Notes: a model not told the origin generated them from the letters alone. A stretch of 64,000 nt of DNA from Candidatus Sericytochromatia bacterium (GCA_035285865.1 JAYKHS010000030.1:96001-160000); one strand, 5' to 3'. Shown: positions 9,696-19,599, counted from the stretch's first letter. Made by a program: numbers and translations.

Positions 9696-12073
9696 CCCTC
9701 GGTCGGACGGCGACCGCGACCCGGAATCACGGCTTTGGCCTTGGCAACCAGCGAACCCAGCTTGCTGGCCGGTTCGGCCGCCTCGGGGGCACCAGCCTCG
9801 GCAACGGCTTCGGGTGCGTCCGCGGCTGCCAGACGGCGCGTGCCGCGACGCGGCTTGGGCTTCTCGGAAGGCGCGGGTTCGCCCGCTTCGGTCTCGACGA
9901 CCTCCGGGTTGTCCGCGGCACCAACGTCCTGCGCCGGTGCGACCTCGGCCACGATGGCCGGATTTTCCTCAGGCACCGTCTCAGGAGCCGGCGTGACGGC
10001 TTCCGGTTCCTGTCCGACCGGCACCATCTGCATGATGCCGGGGGCAACCTCGCGCATCACCATCTGGGGACGACTGCCCAAGGCGCGAGGCCTGTAGGGT
10101 TCCGTGCGCGTCACGGGGCCGACGACGGGCCGCGGAGGCGTCAGGCCCTTGGGAAGCTTGGGCGCTCCCTTGTCATCCGTTGCCTGGGCCGCGACGGGAG
10201 TCGGCGTGGGTGCAGGAGGCTGGGGTGAAGGAGTTGCCACGACGGCAGGCGCAGCCTCGGCGACGGGCCGGGCAAAGCCCGAGCCCGGGCGAACGCCCGG
10301 CCGGACAAAGGCAGGTGCGTCTTCGGGGCGGTCGCGACCTTCGGTTGTCTGACCTTCCTGACGCTCTCCATCCCGGTCATGGCCGCGGTCTCCCCGACCA
10401 CGTCCACGACGCCGACGACGGCGCCCGCGACGCTCGCCGGAATCTCCTCCGAACGCAGAGCCACCGCGGTCGTCGGACTCTTCGTCATCGTCCTCGGTTC
10501 CGGTTCCCGCGTCGTCGTCCTCGAAGGTCATGACCTCGACGATGGGCGACTGTGCGTCCTCGTCACCTTCGGTGCCATCACCGTCCTCGCCGTCGTCATC
10601 CTGGGAGCGCTCGTCGCGTCCGCGTCCACGGCCGCCGCGGCGACGGCGCCGACGGCGGCGCCCGCCTTCGCGCTCCTCGCCTTCATCCATTCGGGGCGCA
10701 CGCTCCACGGACGTGGACCCACCCGCGGACGCCCCGTCCACAACCTCGAAGGAACCGGTATCGCCAAGTGCTGCACCCAGCAGGTCCTCGGCCTGGAGGC
10801 CTTCTTCGTCTTCGGCGGCGATTTCCGCAGCCACCGACGGCATGACGCCGCCGACCCGGAACACGTCATTGCGTTGCCGGCCTGCACCCTTGCAGGAGTT
10901 GCAGGAGCTCGTGAGTTGCTCGACCAGGCTCTGGCCCTGTCGACGACGGGCGACCTCGATGAGGCCGTGTTCCGAGAAAGACTCGGAGATCTGCGGACGG
11001 CTCTTGTCCGGACGCAGGGCATCCTCGAGGGCCCGTTGGACCTTCTGGCGGTCCTGCGCATAGTCCATGCTGATGAAGTCGATGATGATGATGCCACCGA
11101 TGTCGCGCAGACGAATCTGACGGGCAATCTCCTGAGCAGCCTCGAGGTTGGTCCGGAGCACGGTGTCCTGCAGGCTCTTGCTGCTTGTCAGGCGCCCCGA
11201 GTTGACGTCGATGACGGTCAGGGCCTCGGTGAGTTCGATGACGATGGAGCCGCCCGACGGGAGTCGAACGGTTTTCTGGATGGCCTGTTCGAGCTCGTGG
11301 CCGATGCGGTAGGCGGCCATGATGTCCTTGCCGCGGTGCAGTTCGAGCCTGCCGACCATGTCGGGCATCCAGTCCTGCAGGATGGTCCGGGCCTTGGCAA
11401 AGCCTTCCTCGGTATCGATGACCAGCTTGTCGATGTCTGCCGAGACCCAATCGCGGATGACGCGGGTGATGAGATCCTGATCCCGGTGGAGCAGTGCCGG
11501 CGAGGGCCGGGTCTGGGCCTCATGAAGGATGGCTGCCCAGCGTTCGATCAGTTCGTCGACATCCTTGCGCAGTTCCTCTTCCGAGGCTCCGATCGCTTCC
11601 GTTCTGACGATGAGACCGTGGCCGGGATCCTTCAGGCTGGTCGCGATACGCTTGAGGCGATCCCGTTCCTTGCCTTCGGTGATGCGGCGCGAGATGCAGA
11701 CCCTGTTGTCGTGGGGCACGAAGACAAGGAATCGGCCCGGCACGGAGATTCGGCCCGACAGGCGCGCACCTTTGGTGCCCGTCGGGGCTTTGGCGATCTG
11801 GACCAGGACGCGTTGGCCCGCCTCGATGGGCTTCTGCTTGCCGTGCCGGCGGTTGTGCTCGGCGGGCATGTCCGCGGTATGGATGAAGCCGTTCTTGTCG
11901 TGCCCGATGTCTATGAACATCGCCTCGATGGCCGGGACGATGGACTCGACGCGACCCAGGATGATGTCGCCGACGAACTGGTCGCCCTGCCGCATGATGA
12001 ACTCTGCGGCCTTGTTGCCCTCGAAGACGACGGCGAGATTGTTGTTCTCGCTGATGACAATCTGCTTGCTCAC
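9692..12073 (-). CDS. rne: ribonuclease E (Rne/Rng family) with long disordered C-terminus
   Basis: S1 domain, KAPTGTKGARL, TEALTVIDVNSG, RLRDIGGIIIIDFI and CNSCKGAG Zn-link; Arg/acidic patchy tail. Confidence 0.95.
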   Translation of the reverse strand: MSKQIVISENNNLAVVFEGNKAAEFIMRQGDQFVGDIILGRVESIVPAIEAMFIDIGHDKNGFIHTADMPAEHNRRHGKQKPIEAGQRVLVQIAKAPTGTKGARLSGRISVPGRFLVFVPHDNRVCISRRITEGKERDRLKRIATSLKDPGHGLIVRTEAIGASEEELRKDVDELIERWAAILHEAQTRPSPALLHRDQDLITRVIRDWVSADIDKLVIDTEEGFAKARTILQDWMPDMVGRLELHRGKDIMAAYRIGHELEQAIQKTVRLPSGGSIVIELTEALTVIDVNSGRLTSSKSLQDTVLRTNLEAAQEIARQIRLRDIGGIIIIDFISMDYAQDRQKVQRALEDALRPDKSRPQISESFSEHGLIEVARRRQGQSLVEQLTSSCNSCKGAGRQRNDVFRVGGVMPSVAAEIAAEDEEGLQAEDLLGAALGDTGSFEVVDGASAGGSTSVERAPRMDEGEEREGGRRRRRRRRGGRGRGRDERSQDDDGEDGDGTEGDEDAQSPIVEVMTFEDDDAGTGTEDDDEESDDRGGSAFGGDSGERRGRRRRRRGRGRGDRGHDRDGERQEGQTTEGRDRPEDAPAFVRPGVRPGSGFARPVAEAAPAVVATPSPQPPAPTPTPVAAQATDDKGAPKLPKGLTPPRPVVGPVTRTEPYRPRALGSRPQMVMREVAPGIMQMVPVGQEPEAVTPAPETVPEENPAIVAEVAPAQDVGAADNPEVVETEAGEPAPSEKPKPRRGTRRLAAADAPEAVAEAGAPEAAEPASKLGSLVAKAKAVIPGRGRRPTEG

Positions 12074-12328
12074 ACGGCCTCCTTAGGCTGCGCGCGACCC
12101 AGCGGACACCTCGCGGTGACAACGGGATGCCGATCCGGGCCTCTGAGGCCAAGGTCGGGCCGACCGTTGTTGCAAGGCGCCTTGAAGAATGGGTCTGGAC
12201 CCTCGACGGTCGCGACCGCGGCTTTGTGGTGCCGACGTCCAGCGGACCGTGTGTTCGGGTGGGTGGATGGGTTTGGGGGTCTTCGCGCCGGATGTTCCGG
12301 TCAGGAACCGCACCGTAAGACCATGGGC

Positions 12329-12357
12329 ACGTTAACACCGCCCATGGGGCCTGTCAA
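12329..12357 (-). promoter_or_regulatory. sigma70-type promoter of rne-rluD
   Basis: minus strand TTGACA-N17-TAACGT. Confidence 0.7.
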
Positions 12358-12389
12358 GAATGGCGCATGCCCCGTACACTGGACGCAGC

Positions 12390-12908
12390 ATGCGGATCAT
12401 GGGCATCGACCCCGGCCTGGCCACGGTCGGCTATGGCGTGATTGACGCCTCGCGGCCGCGACAGCCGACGTGCGTGGCAGCCGGAGCCGTCGTGACGGCC
12501 CGCGACCTCCCGATCGCCGAGCGCCTGCTCGAGATTCAGCGCGACCTCGATGGCCTGCTGGCCGAGTATCAGCCTGATGAGGTGGCCGTTGAGGATCTGT
12601 TCTTCGTCAACAACATCACCACGGGCATGCAGGTGGCCATGGCGCGCGGATGCATTCTGGCCACGCTCGCCGCACGCGGCCTTGCGGTGCACGCCTATGT
12701 GCCGATGGCCGTGAAACAGGCCGTGACGGGTTCGGGGCGGGCGCCCAAGCGCGAGGTCCAGGAGGCCGTGCGGCACTTGCTTTGCCTCGATCGGGTCCCG
12801 CGACCGGATGATGCGGCCGATGCGCTTGCGGTGGCCCTGTGTCACCAGCAGCATCGCGGCCTGCGCAACATGGTCCCGGGGCGAGCGGAGGGGGCTCGAG
12901 GCCGATGA
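12390..12908 (+). CDS. ruvC: Holliday junction resolvase RuvC
   Basis: MRIMGIDPGLATVGYGVI, VAVEDLFF, VKQAVTGSGRAPK and DDAADALAVALCH motifs. Confidence 0.95.
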   Translation: MRIMGIDPGLATVGYGVIDASRPRQPTCVAAGAVVTARDLPIAERLLEIQRDLDGLLAEYQPDEVAVEDLFFVNNITTGMQVAMARGCILATLAARGLAVHAYVPMAVKQAVTGSGRAPKREVQEAVRHLLCLDRVPRPDDAADALAVALCHQQHRGLRNMVPGRAEGARGR

Positions 12909-13498
12909 TCGACTTCCTGCAGGGGCATATCGTCGCCCTGGACGAGGACAGCCTCGTGCTGGCCGTCTCGGGCGTGGGCTTCCGCGTGCAGTGCGGGGCA
13001 CGTCATCTGGCTTCCCTTCCGGGGCCCGGGCAGGAGATCAGGGTGCTCACCCATCTGGTCCACCGTGAGGACGAGATGGCGCTGCTGGGCTTCGGCTCAC
13101 TCGAGGATCGGGCGATGTTCCGGCTCTTGTCCGGTGTGGCGGGCGTAGGCAACAAGGTGGCGATGGGTCTGCTCGGCATGCTGACGTCGGCCGAAATCGC
13201 CCGGGCCGTCCTTGATGATGATCCGCGCACATTGGCCCGGGCCCCCAAGGTGGGGCCAAAGCTGGCCCAGCGCCTGGTCGTGGAGCTGAAGTCGAGGGTG
13301 TCGGGTCTGCCCGTGGTGCTGCCCGAGTCGCTGCCCGCTCCTGCCGAAGCGTGGCGCAAGGCCATCGAGGATGCCCTTGTCGGACTTGATGTCCAGGTTC
13401 AGGAGGCCCGGGCAGCCGTGGCCGCCATCGAGCGCGATCCGGGCTTCGATGAGGGGTTTCGCCAGGCGATGCGTCTGGTACAGGGCCTGCGGCCCTAG
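12905..13498 (+). CDS. ruvA: Holliday junction branch migration protein RuvA
   Basis: MIDFLQG, VSGVGFRV, HREDEMALLGF, GVGNKVA and VGPKLAQRLVVELK motifs. Confidence 0.92.
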   Translation: MIDFLQGHIVALDEDSLVLAVSGVGFRVQCGARHLASLPGPGQEIRVLTHLVHREDEMALLGFGSLEDRAMFRLLSGVAGVGNKVAMGLLGMLTSAEIARAVLDDDPRTLARAPKVGPKLAQRLVVELKSRVSGLPVVLPESLPAPAEAWRKAIEDALVGLDVQVQEARAAVAAIERDPGFDEGFRQAMRLVQGLRP

Positions 13499-14127
13499 CG
13501 CACCACGAACGGGTTCTGTTCCCGTTCCTCACCGATGGTCGTGCCCGGTCCGTGTCCGGAAATCACACGGGTTTCACCGGGAAGGTCATAGAGTTGCTCC
13601 CGGATGGAACGGGCAAGCGTCGGGGCCGAACCGCCCCAGAGGTCCGTTCTGCCTACGCTGCGCCGGAACAGGGTGTCGCCGGCACAGACCAGTTCGGCCT
13701 CGGGAACGTGCAGGCAGCAGGAGCCGGGAGTATGACCCGGCGTGTGCAGCACCGTCGCGCTGATCGAACCGGCCACGAGGAGCGCCAGATGATCAGGATG
13801 CGCATCAGGCGCCTCGGGGTCCTGGGCTCTGAACCCGAACATGCGGGCCTGTGTCTGCGTGGCTTCCCAGAGCGGCATGTCGGCCTCGTGGAGCAGCACG
13901 CGGGCCTGCGGATAGCGCTCCTTGAGGCGACGGGTCGCCATGTAATGATCGAGATGGGCATGGGTGTGAAAGAGGACGACCGGTTCGAGTCCGGCCTTGT
14001 CTAGGCGCGCCATGATGGCGTCGGCCTCATCTCCCGGGTCGATCACGATGGCCTTGCCCGAGGCCTGGTCACCCAGGATCGTGCAGTTGCACTGGAACGC
14101 GCCTACCGCAAAGGTCTCGAGGTGCAT
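13495..14127 (-). CDS. MBL-fold metallo-hydrolase (glyoxalase II/YcbL-like)
   Basis: IDPG, THAHLDH, HTPGHTPG, GDTLF, GRTDL and GHGPGTTIGEE motifs. Confidence 0.9.
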   Translation of the reverse strand: MHLETFAVGAFQCNCTILGDQASGKAIVIDPGDEADAIMARLDKAGLEPVVLFHTHAHLDHYMATRRLKERYPQARVLLHEADMPLWEATQTQARMFGFRAQDPEAPDAHPDHLALLVAGSISATVLHTPGHTPGSCCLHVPEAELVCAGDTLFRRSVGRTDLWGGSAPTLARSIREQLYDLPGETRVISGHGPGTTIGEEREQNPFVVR

Positions 14128-14185
14128 GGGGCGCATGCTAGCATGACGCCATGGCCCTGCAGCATCCCCGATTGCCGGTTCCGGC

Positions 14186-15289
14186 GTGACGGTCGTGCGT
14201 GCGGTCGGGGGCGGAGGTGCGCCAGAGCCTCCGCCACGCCAGGCGGTGCCGATCGTGCCTGCCAATCAGGCGCGTCTGCTTTCTGCCGAGGCGCTCTCCG
14301 AGGATGCCCATCCGACCAGCACCCGACCGACGACGCTTGCGGATCTCGTCGGCCAACCCGAGGTCAAGGCCCAACTCGAGGTGGCGCTTGCGGCAGCGCG
14401 GCAGCGGGGCGAAGCGCTCGAGCACCTGCTTCTGCATGGTCCTCCGGGCCTCGGCAAGACGACCCTTGCCCAAATTGCGGCGCACGAGATGGGCTCCCGT
14501 TGCCACGTGACCTCGGCCCCCGGACTCGAGCGGCCGCGTGATCTGGCCGGCTTCCTGGCGCGTCTGGATCCCGGGGACGTGCTCTTCATCGATGAGATTC
14601 ATCGACTCACGCCCGTGGCCGAGGAGTTGCTCTACCCGGCCATGGAGGACTTCGTGCTCGATCTCGTGCTCGGCAAGGGGACGACGGCGCAGATTCGTCG
14701 GGTGCCGCTGCCGCGTTTCACGCTGGTCGGTGCCACGACCCGTGCCGGTGCCCTCTCCAGTCCGCTGCGCCACCGCTTCGGTCTGGTAGCTCGCCTGCGG
14801 TTCTATGCGCCCGAGGACATGGCCGCGATCCTGATGAGGGAGGCGGGCCTGCTTGGGCTGGATCTCAGGCCGGACGGCGCCGTGGCCATCGGGGGACGTT
14901 CCCGTGGCACGCCGCGCGTCGGTCTGCGCCTGTTGCGTCGAGTCCGCGACCACGTCCAGGTGCGGGATCCCGGGCCGATCGACGCAGAGCGGGCTGCAGG
15001 TGCCTTGGCCCATCTCGAGATCGATTCACGGGGGCTGGATGATCTCGATCGGGAGGTCCTCCGAGTCCTGCTGGTGGCGCATCGAGGCGGGCCCGTCGGC
15101 ATGGAGGCTCTGGCCGCCGCGGTCGGTCTAGAAGCCGCGACACTCGAGGATGTCGTCGAACCCTATCTGATCCAGGCGGGCTTTCTCCAGCGCACGCCAC
15201 GCGGGCGTCAAGCGACGCCCCTGGCGTGGCAGCACATGGGCCTGGGGCCGGATTCCGGTGGGCAGGAAACGCTGGCTTTCCCGTCCTGA
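14186..15289 (+). CDS. ruvB: Holliday junction helicase RuvB (start approximate)
   Basis: GPPGLGKTTLA, FIDEIHRL, LYPAMEDF, GATTRAG and EPYLIQAGFLQRTPRGR motifs. Confidence 0.95.
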   Translation: MTVVRAVGGGGAPEPPPRQAVPIVPANQARLLSAEALSEDAHPTSTRPTTLADLVGQPEVKAQLEVALAAARQRGEALEHLLLHGPPGLGKTTLAQIAAHEMGSRCHVTSAPGLERPRDLAGFLARLDPGDVLFIDEIHRLTPVAEELLYPAMEDFVLDLVLGKGTTAQIRRVPLPRFTLVGATTRAGALSSPLRHRFGLVARLRFYAPEDMAAILMREAGLLGLDLRPDGAVAIGGRSRGTPRVGLRLLRRVRDHVQVRDPGPIDAERAAGALAHLEIDSRGLDDLDREVLRVLLVAHRGGPVGMEALAAAVGLEAATLEDVVEPYLIQAGFLQRTPRGRQATPLAWQHMGLGPDSGGQETLAFPS

Positions 15290-15393
15290 GTCCGGTTCGG
15301 GCTATAATGGGGACAGCTGTGCGCGCCGGCGCCCCCGGGCGAAGATGCCCATGGTGCGCGGACGTTTCCGGTCAGTGATGAGGACAGGTTTCC

Positions 15394-16344
15394 ATGGGTA
15401 GAGCGATGGCGTACTTCAAGGGCGGGATCGTGCCCGTGGAAGATGCCCGTATCTCGATCATGGCCCATGGCTTCAACTACGGCACGGGTTGCTTCGAGGG
15501 CATTCGGGCCTACTGGAACGAAGAGCAGGGCGAGATGTACCTGCTGCACGCCCACGAGCACTTCCGGCGCATGGCACGCAACGCGAAGATTCTCTTCATG
15601 GAATTGCCCGACACGGTCGAGACCATGGTCACGCGTTCCGTCGAGTTGGCACGGGCCACCGGCTTCCGGCAGGACATCTACCTGCGGCCCACCCTCTACA
15701 AGGGCGACGAAATCATCGGCGTTCGCCTGCATGGCCTGAACGACGAGTTCCACATCTACGCGGCACCGATGGGCAACTACGTGGATACGGCCCGAGGCCT
15801 TCATCTGGGCACCTCATCCTGGCGGCGCATCGACGATACCGCCGTTCCGGCGAGGGCCAAGATCATCGGCGCCTACATCAACAGCGCCCTCTGCAAGACC
15901 GAGGCCGTCATGAACGGTTTCGACGAAGGGCTCTTCCTGAATCCCGACGGCCACGTCTGCGAGGGCTCCGCCGAGAACTTCTTCATGGTCCGCGACGGAG
16001 TCCTGATCACGCCGGGCGTTGCGGACAACATCCTCGAGGGCATCACGCGCAGCAGCATCATGGAGATTGCGGATCGCGAGTTCGGCATCAAGACCGTGTC
16101 CCGGGCAATCGATCGCACCGAGGTCTACGTGGCCGACGAGATCTTCATCTGCGGGACCGGGGCCCAATTGGCCTGGGTCAGCCACGTCGACCATCGTGCC
16201 ATCGGTGGTGGGCAGATGGGGCCCCTGACGGCGCGTATCCGGGACATATACTACCAAGCCGTTCGTGGCACCCTGCCCCGCTACCACCATTGGTTGACGC
16301 CGGTTCTGGGTGCCCCCGCTCCTGCCGTCGGAACCAGCCGATAG
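15394..16344 (+). CDS. ilvE: branched-chain amino acid aminotransferase
   Basis: HGFNYGTGCFEGIRAY, AKIIGAYINS, EGSAENFF and ILEGITR motifs; TATAAT at 15303 upstream. Confidence 0.93.
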   Translation: MGRAMAYFKGGIVPVEDARISIMAHGFNYGTGCFEGIRAYWNEEQGEMYLLHAHEHFRRMARNAKILFMELPDTVETMVTRSVELARATGFRQDIYLRPTLYKGDEIIGVRLHGLNDEFHIYAAPMGNYVDTARGLHLGTSSWRRIDDTAVPARAKIIGAYINSALCKTEAVMNGFDEGLFLNPDGHVCEGSAENFFMVRDGVLITPGVADNILEGITRSSIMEIADREFGIKTVSRAIDRTEVYVADEIFICGTGAQLAWVSHVDHRAIGGGQMGPLTARIRDIYYQAVRGTLPRYHHWLTPVLGAPAPAVGTSR

Positions 16345-16497
16345 ACCCGTCTCCGGGGTTTGTTGCCCGGCTTAAACGAACCTTTGGAGAAGCTTCAACG
16401 TCGCGCAATCCTGCATAGGCAAGACGCCGCCGGGAATCCCCGATAGACAGAACAGGATTAACTCGTCTTTAATCGACGGGTCGAGGGGGGTCTCGAA

Positions 16498-17838
16498 ATG
16501 GTCGGTCAGTCGGTCCTTCGCAAGGTTGCACTCCTTGCACTGGGTTCCGTCCTGCTCGCAGGGTGCGGGGGGCGCACCGCGACGGTGGCGCTGCCCGACG
16601 ATCGCTTCTCGGGCGGCTCCTCGATGCCGATCCAGAACGTGGCGACCGGCACGGTATCCGGGCGCGTCGTCGATGCCCGCACGGGTCTCGGCATCTCGGA
16701 CGTCCGGGTCGAGACGCAGGGTCTCCAGACCGGCCAGCCCATCCGCACCGATGGCAGCGGCCGCTTTACCATTGCCGGCGTGCCTGCCCAGCGCGTTCGT
16801 CTCGTCGTCGACAAGCCCGGCTACACCTTCCTGCAGGGTGTCGGCGACATCTTGGTGGATGTCCTGCCCGGCGGCACCGTCACGGCTCCCGACATCCGCC
16901 TGACGGCCCAGATCGATGCCCTGCCCAATGCATTCATCGTGGCCATGGGTAACCTCAACCGCCCTCGCTCGCTGGCCATCGATCCGGCCTATGCCGAGGA
17001 CAGCCGCGGCGCGCAGAACCTGTACGTCCTGTCGCTCGACAACTACCTGCTGTTCGGCAACATCTCGACCCCGGTTCAAGTGTGGGCCATCAAGAAGCTC
17101 AACCTGGGCGGCGGCATCGAGAACACCTTCGGTCGCGCCCTGTGGACCAACGAACTGATGAATCCCACGGGCCTCGCCGTGGATCGTGGGGGCAACCTGT
17201 TCGCTGCCGATGCCGGTCGCGACGTTGTCCGCAGCTTCACTTCCGTGGGTGCCTCTAACCCCAAGGGTGCCTTCGAGAATCTGTCGAAGCCGACCGATGT
17301 CGAGGTCCTGCGGAACGGCATGGTGGCCGTTGCCGTCGGTGGCGAGGGCAAGATCCAGCTGCTTGATGCCACCCGTCAGCCCGCCCGGGATGCCGCTGGT
17401 CGCACCCTGGCGCCCATCAGTGCCGGCGGTGGCGTCAAGGGTCTGACTTCGGACGCGAACAACGACCTCTACTTCATCGACGACACCGCCGCGGCCGGCG
17501 GCGTCATCCGCAAGGTCAACCTCCAGGGTCAGGTGCTGATGCAGTTCGGCTTCCGCGGTGGTCGCGGCGCCGGTTACTTTGAGCACCCCACCGACCTTGC
17601 CGTCGATCCCCGGAACGGTGACCTCTACGTGGTCGATACCGGCAACAACCGCATCCAGCGCTTCAATCGCGACGGAGCTTTCCTGTCCGAGTTCGGCGGG
17701 ATGGGGTCAGGCTCGGGCCAGTTCAACCAGCCTTCCGGCATCGCTGTGGATCGCGACGGTTTCGTCTACGTCGCCGACACCAACAACAACCGCATCCAGA
17801 AGTTCGCGCCGTCCAAGTCCCAGTTCGCCGGTTTCTGA
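16498..17838 (+). CDS. lipoprotein with carboxypeptidase-regulatory-like domain and NHL-repeat beta-propeller
   Basis: lipobox LLAGC; VSGRVVDARTG..TDGSGRFTI; NHL repeats such as FNQPSGIAVDRDGFVYVADTNNNRIQKF. Confidence 0.85.
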   Translation: MVGQSVLRKVALLALGSVLLAGCGGRTATVALPDDRFSGGSSMPIQNVATGTVSGRVVDARTGLGISDVRVETQGLQTGQPIRTDGSGRFTIAGVPAQRVRLVVDKPGYTFLQGVGDILVDVLPGGTVTAPDIRLTAQIDALPNAFIVAMGNLNRPRSLAIDPAYAEDSRGAQNLYVLSLDNYLLFGNISTPVQVWAIKKLNLGGGIENTFGRALWTNELMNPTGLAVDRGGNLFAADAGRDVVRSFTSVGASNPKGAFENLSKPTDVEVLRNGMVAVAVGGEGKIQLLDATRQPARDAAGRTLAPISAGGGVKGLTSDANNDLYFIDDTAAAGGVIRKVNLQGQVLMQFGFRGGRGAGYFEHPTDLAVDPRNGDLYVVDTGNNRIQRFNRDGAFLSEFGGMGSGSGQFNQPSGIAVDRDGFVYVADTNNNRIQKFAPSKSQFAGF

Positions 17839-17850
17839 GATCCGTCAGGC

Positions 17851-17890
17851 AAGGGCGAGGTTCCGCAAGGGGCCTCGCCCTTCCGCATTT
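17851..17890 (+). terminator. probable intrinsic terminator
   Basis: AAGGGCGAGG...CCTCGCCCTT stem with GCAA tetraloop after the NHL gene. Confidence 0.55.
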
Positions 17891-17979
17891 CGGTATCCGT
17901 GCCTTCCCGCAATGCTCCTGCACTCCGGTCCCGGATGGGGCATCATGGGGTGCGGTGATCGCTGGGGAGGTCGTGTACG

Positions 17980-18498
17980 GTGGGTGATGCGTGGACTTGG
18001 CTGGGATGGGGGCTGTCCGGCTTCCTCGCGCTGGCGGTGGTCGTGCTGGTGGTGCCGGCCACCCGGTTGCGCATCAGCACCTGGATTGGCCCCAGGATTG
18101 CCGCCAGTTACCAGAAGCAGATCGGCAAGCAGTTCCGGTCGGCTTATCCGGAGCTGTACGCCCGCTTCTCGTGGCTCCAGCCTTCCGCGGCCAGCCAGGA
18201 CCTGCTGCAGGGAGCTTTTCGCCAGATGCCCCCCACTGAGGCCCAGCGCCTGATTGGCGAGTTCCAGAGGCTGGCCGGCAACCTCGAGCAGCGGCACGCC
18301 GATTTGGCCCCCTTCGTCGAGGCCATCCGGACTCAGGATGCCCAGAAACAGGCCTCGGCCCTGCAGGCCCTGATGAAACTCAAGGCCGACCGTCGCCAGG
18401 CCCTCGAGAAGGATGTCCTGTGGGCCTACGACCAATTGCACGGCCGCTTCCCGAAGTGGGTCAAGCTGGTCGAGAGTCGTTTGCGGACCGGCGCCTGA
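17980..18498 (+). CDS. hypothetical membrane-anchored protein
   Basis: GGAGG RBS; N-terminal transmembrane segment followed by amphipathic helices. Confidence 0.7.
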   Translation: MGDAWTWLGWGLSGFLALAVVVLVVPATRLRISTWIGPRIAASYQKQIGKQFRSAYPELYARFSWLQPSAASQDLLQGAFRQMPPTEAQRLIGEFQRLAGNLEQRHADLAPFVEAIRTQDAQKQASALQALMKLKADRRQALEKDVLWAYDQLHGRFPKWVKLVESRLRTGA

Positions 18499-18520
18499 GG
18501 CTTCTCGGCCCGGGAGCGCA

Positions 18521-18676
18521 TCAGGCCCCGGACATGTAGTCCTCGTGCCGGAAGCCGCAGGACGTGCAATGCAGCTTCCAGTAGTGCTCGTCGAAGTCCG
18601 AGACCAGCGTTTCCTTGCTGCAGTTGGGACAGGTCTTGCTCCCCGTGCGCATGACGTGCATGACCAACTGTTCCAT
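18521..18676 (-). CDS. small zinc-ribbon protein (51 aa)
   Basis: MEQLVMHVMRTGSKTCPNCSKETL...LHCTSCGFRHEDY; two CxxC pairs. Confidence 0.65.
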   Translation of the reverse strand: MEQLVMHVMRTGSKTCPNCSKETLVSDFDEHYWKLHCTSCGFRHEDYMSGA

Positions 18677-18827
18677 GGCCTTGTCCTGATTCGGTTCCAA
18701 GGTCTCGCGCCTCCAAGATGGCGACCGTCGATTCGCCGCCCTGTCGACCAGAATGCTACAATTTGGCTTCGTGAGCCGTGACGGATCGCCCAAGGTCTCT
18801 CCCGGCAGCAACCCCGGAGGTGTCCCC

Positions 18828-19430
18828 ATGGATGCGACCCAGCGCGAAGCGCTTGCGGCGGCCCTGCGCAAGGCGGCCGATCAGTTGGCTGGTGCGTCCG
18901 CGCCTGCCCTGGTCCGCAAGGATGTCCTCGCAGCGTGCCGCAAGGTGCAGGAGGCTTTCCTTGCCTTGGGCTTCGACGAGCTGGCCTCTCGCAAGCGGCT
19001 GGTCTACTTCCTGCGCTCGATGGAGCTGGCCAACGGGGTGGTCGGGGCGCGCACGGCCCAGCGCCTGCTGGTCCGTACCTTCGAGGAAGAGGCCGAACTG
19101 GCCGAGAAGTGGTTGGTCGAACAGGGCCTGCTTGCCGATCATGGCGATGACGGTATCCTGTTGGCCGAAGCCGGTGCGCAGTATCTGACCCAACATCGCG
19201 CCGAGTTCCCCGTTCTGGGCGGTGGCGAGCGTCGTGGCCAGCGCGGAGGTCGCGACCATCAGCATGCCCGGGGTAGCCGTGGCCACGGTGCTCCCGCACG
19301 TCCGGCGCCCGTTGTTGCCGAACCTGCTCCGGTCGTGGTGACCGTCCCCCCGGTTGAAGCCCCTGCTGCACCGGCGACCGAACCCGTCGCTGAGGTTCCC
19401 GCCGAAAAGGCGCCCGCCGCCGAGGCCTGA
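18828..19430 (+). CDS. hypothetical protein, possible winged-helix segment and low-complexity tail
   Basis: GGAGG RBS; LVEQGLL...ILLAEAGAQYL resembles the end of a wHTH domain. Confidence 0.7.
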   Translation: MDATQREALAAALRKAADQLAGASAPALVRKDVLAACRKVQEAFLALGFDELASRKRLVYFLRSMELANGVVGARTAQRLLVRTFEEEAELAEKWLVEQGLLADHGDDGILLAEAGAQYLTQHRAEFPVLGGGERRGQRGGRDHQHARGSRGHGAPARPAPVVAEPAPVVVTVPPVEAPAAPATEPVAEVPAEKAPAAEA

Positions 19431-19507
19431 GCCTCTCGTCAACCTCTGCCGGCCCTCCTCGTAGCCAACATTTGGTGCTCGGCTTGGTCGTGCGGCTGGG
19501 TTGAAGG

Positions 19508-19591
19508 TGGGCGAGGCGGGATTCGAACCCGCAAGGGACTGCGTCCCGGCCGATTTTAAGTCGGCTGCGTCTGCCGTTTCGCCACTCGCCC
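19508..19591 (-). tRNA. trnL: tRNA-Leu(UAA), intron-less, CCA not fully encoded
   Basis: GGGCGAGTGGCGAAACGGCAGACGCAGCCGAC-TTAAAA-TCGGC, long variable arm, GGTTCGAATCCC T-loop, CTCGCCCA acceptor end. Confidence 0.95.
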
Positions 19592-19599
19592 CGAGAACG

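Noticed and set aside
10379..12445. Long antisense ORFs (688 aa here; also 50306-52114, 30438-31895, 8835-10097 and others)
   Set aside because: Shadow frames of well-supported genes in high-GC DNA, with no recognisable motifs
15310..15393. T-box or attenuator upstream of ilvE
   Set aside because: The leader is too short and has no T-box consensus or Ile/Leu/Val-rich leader peptide
16420..16446. sigma28-like promoter CAAG-N15-CCCGATAG before the NHL lipoprotein, and CGATA motifs before other orphan genes
   Set aside because: Spacing to a -35 element is inconsistent between sites (7691, 25219, 32805), so a regulon cannot be supported by eye
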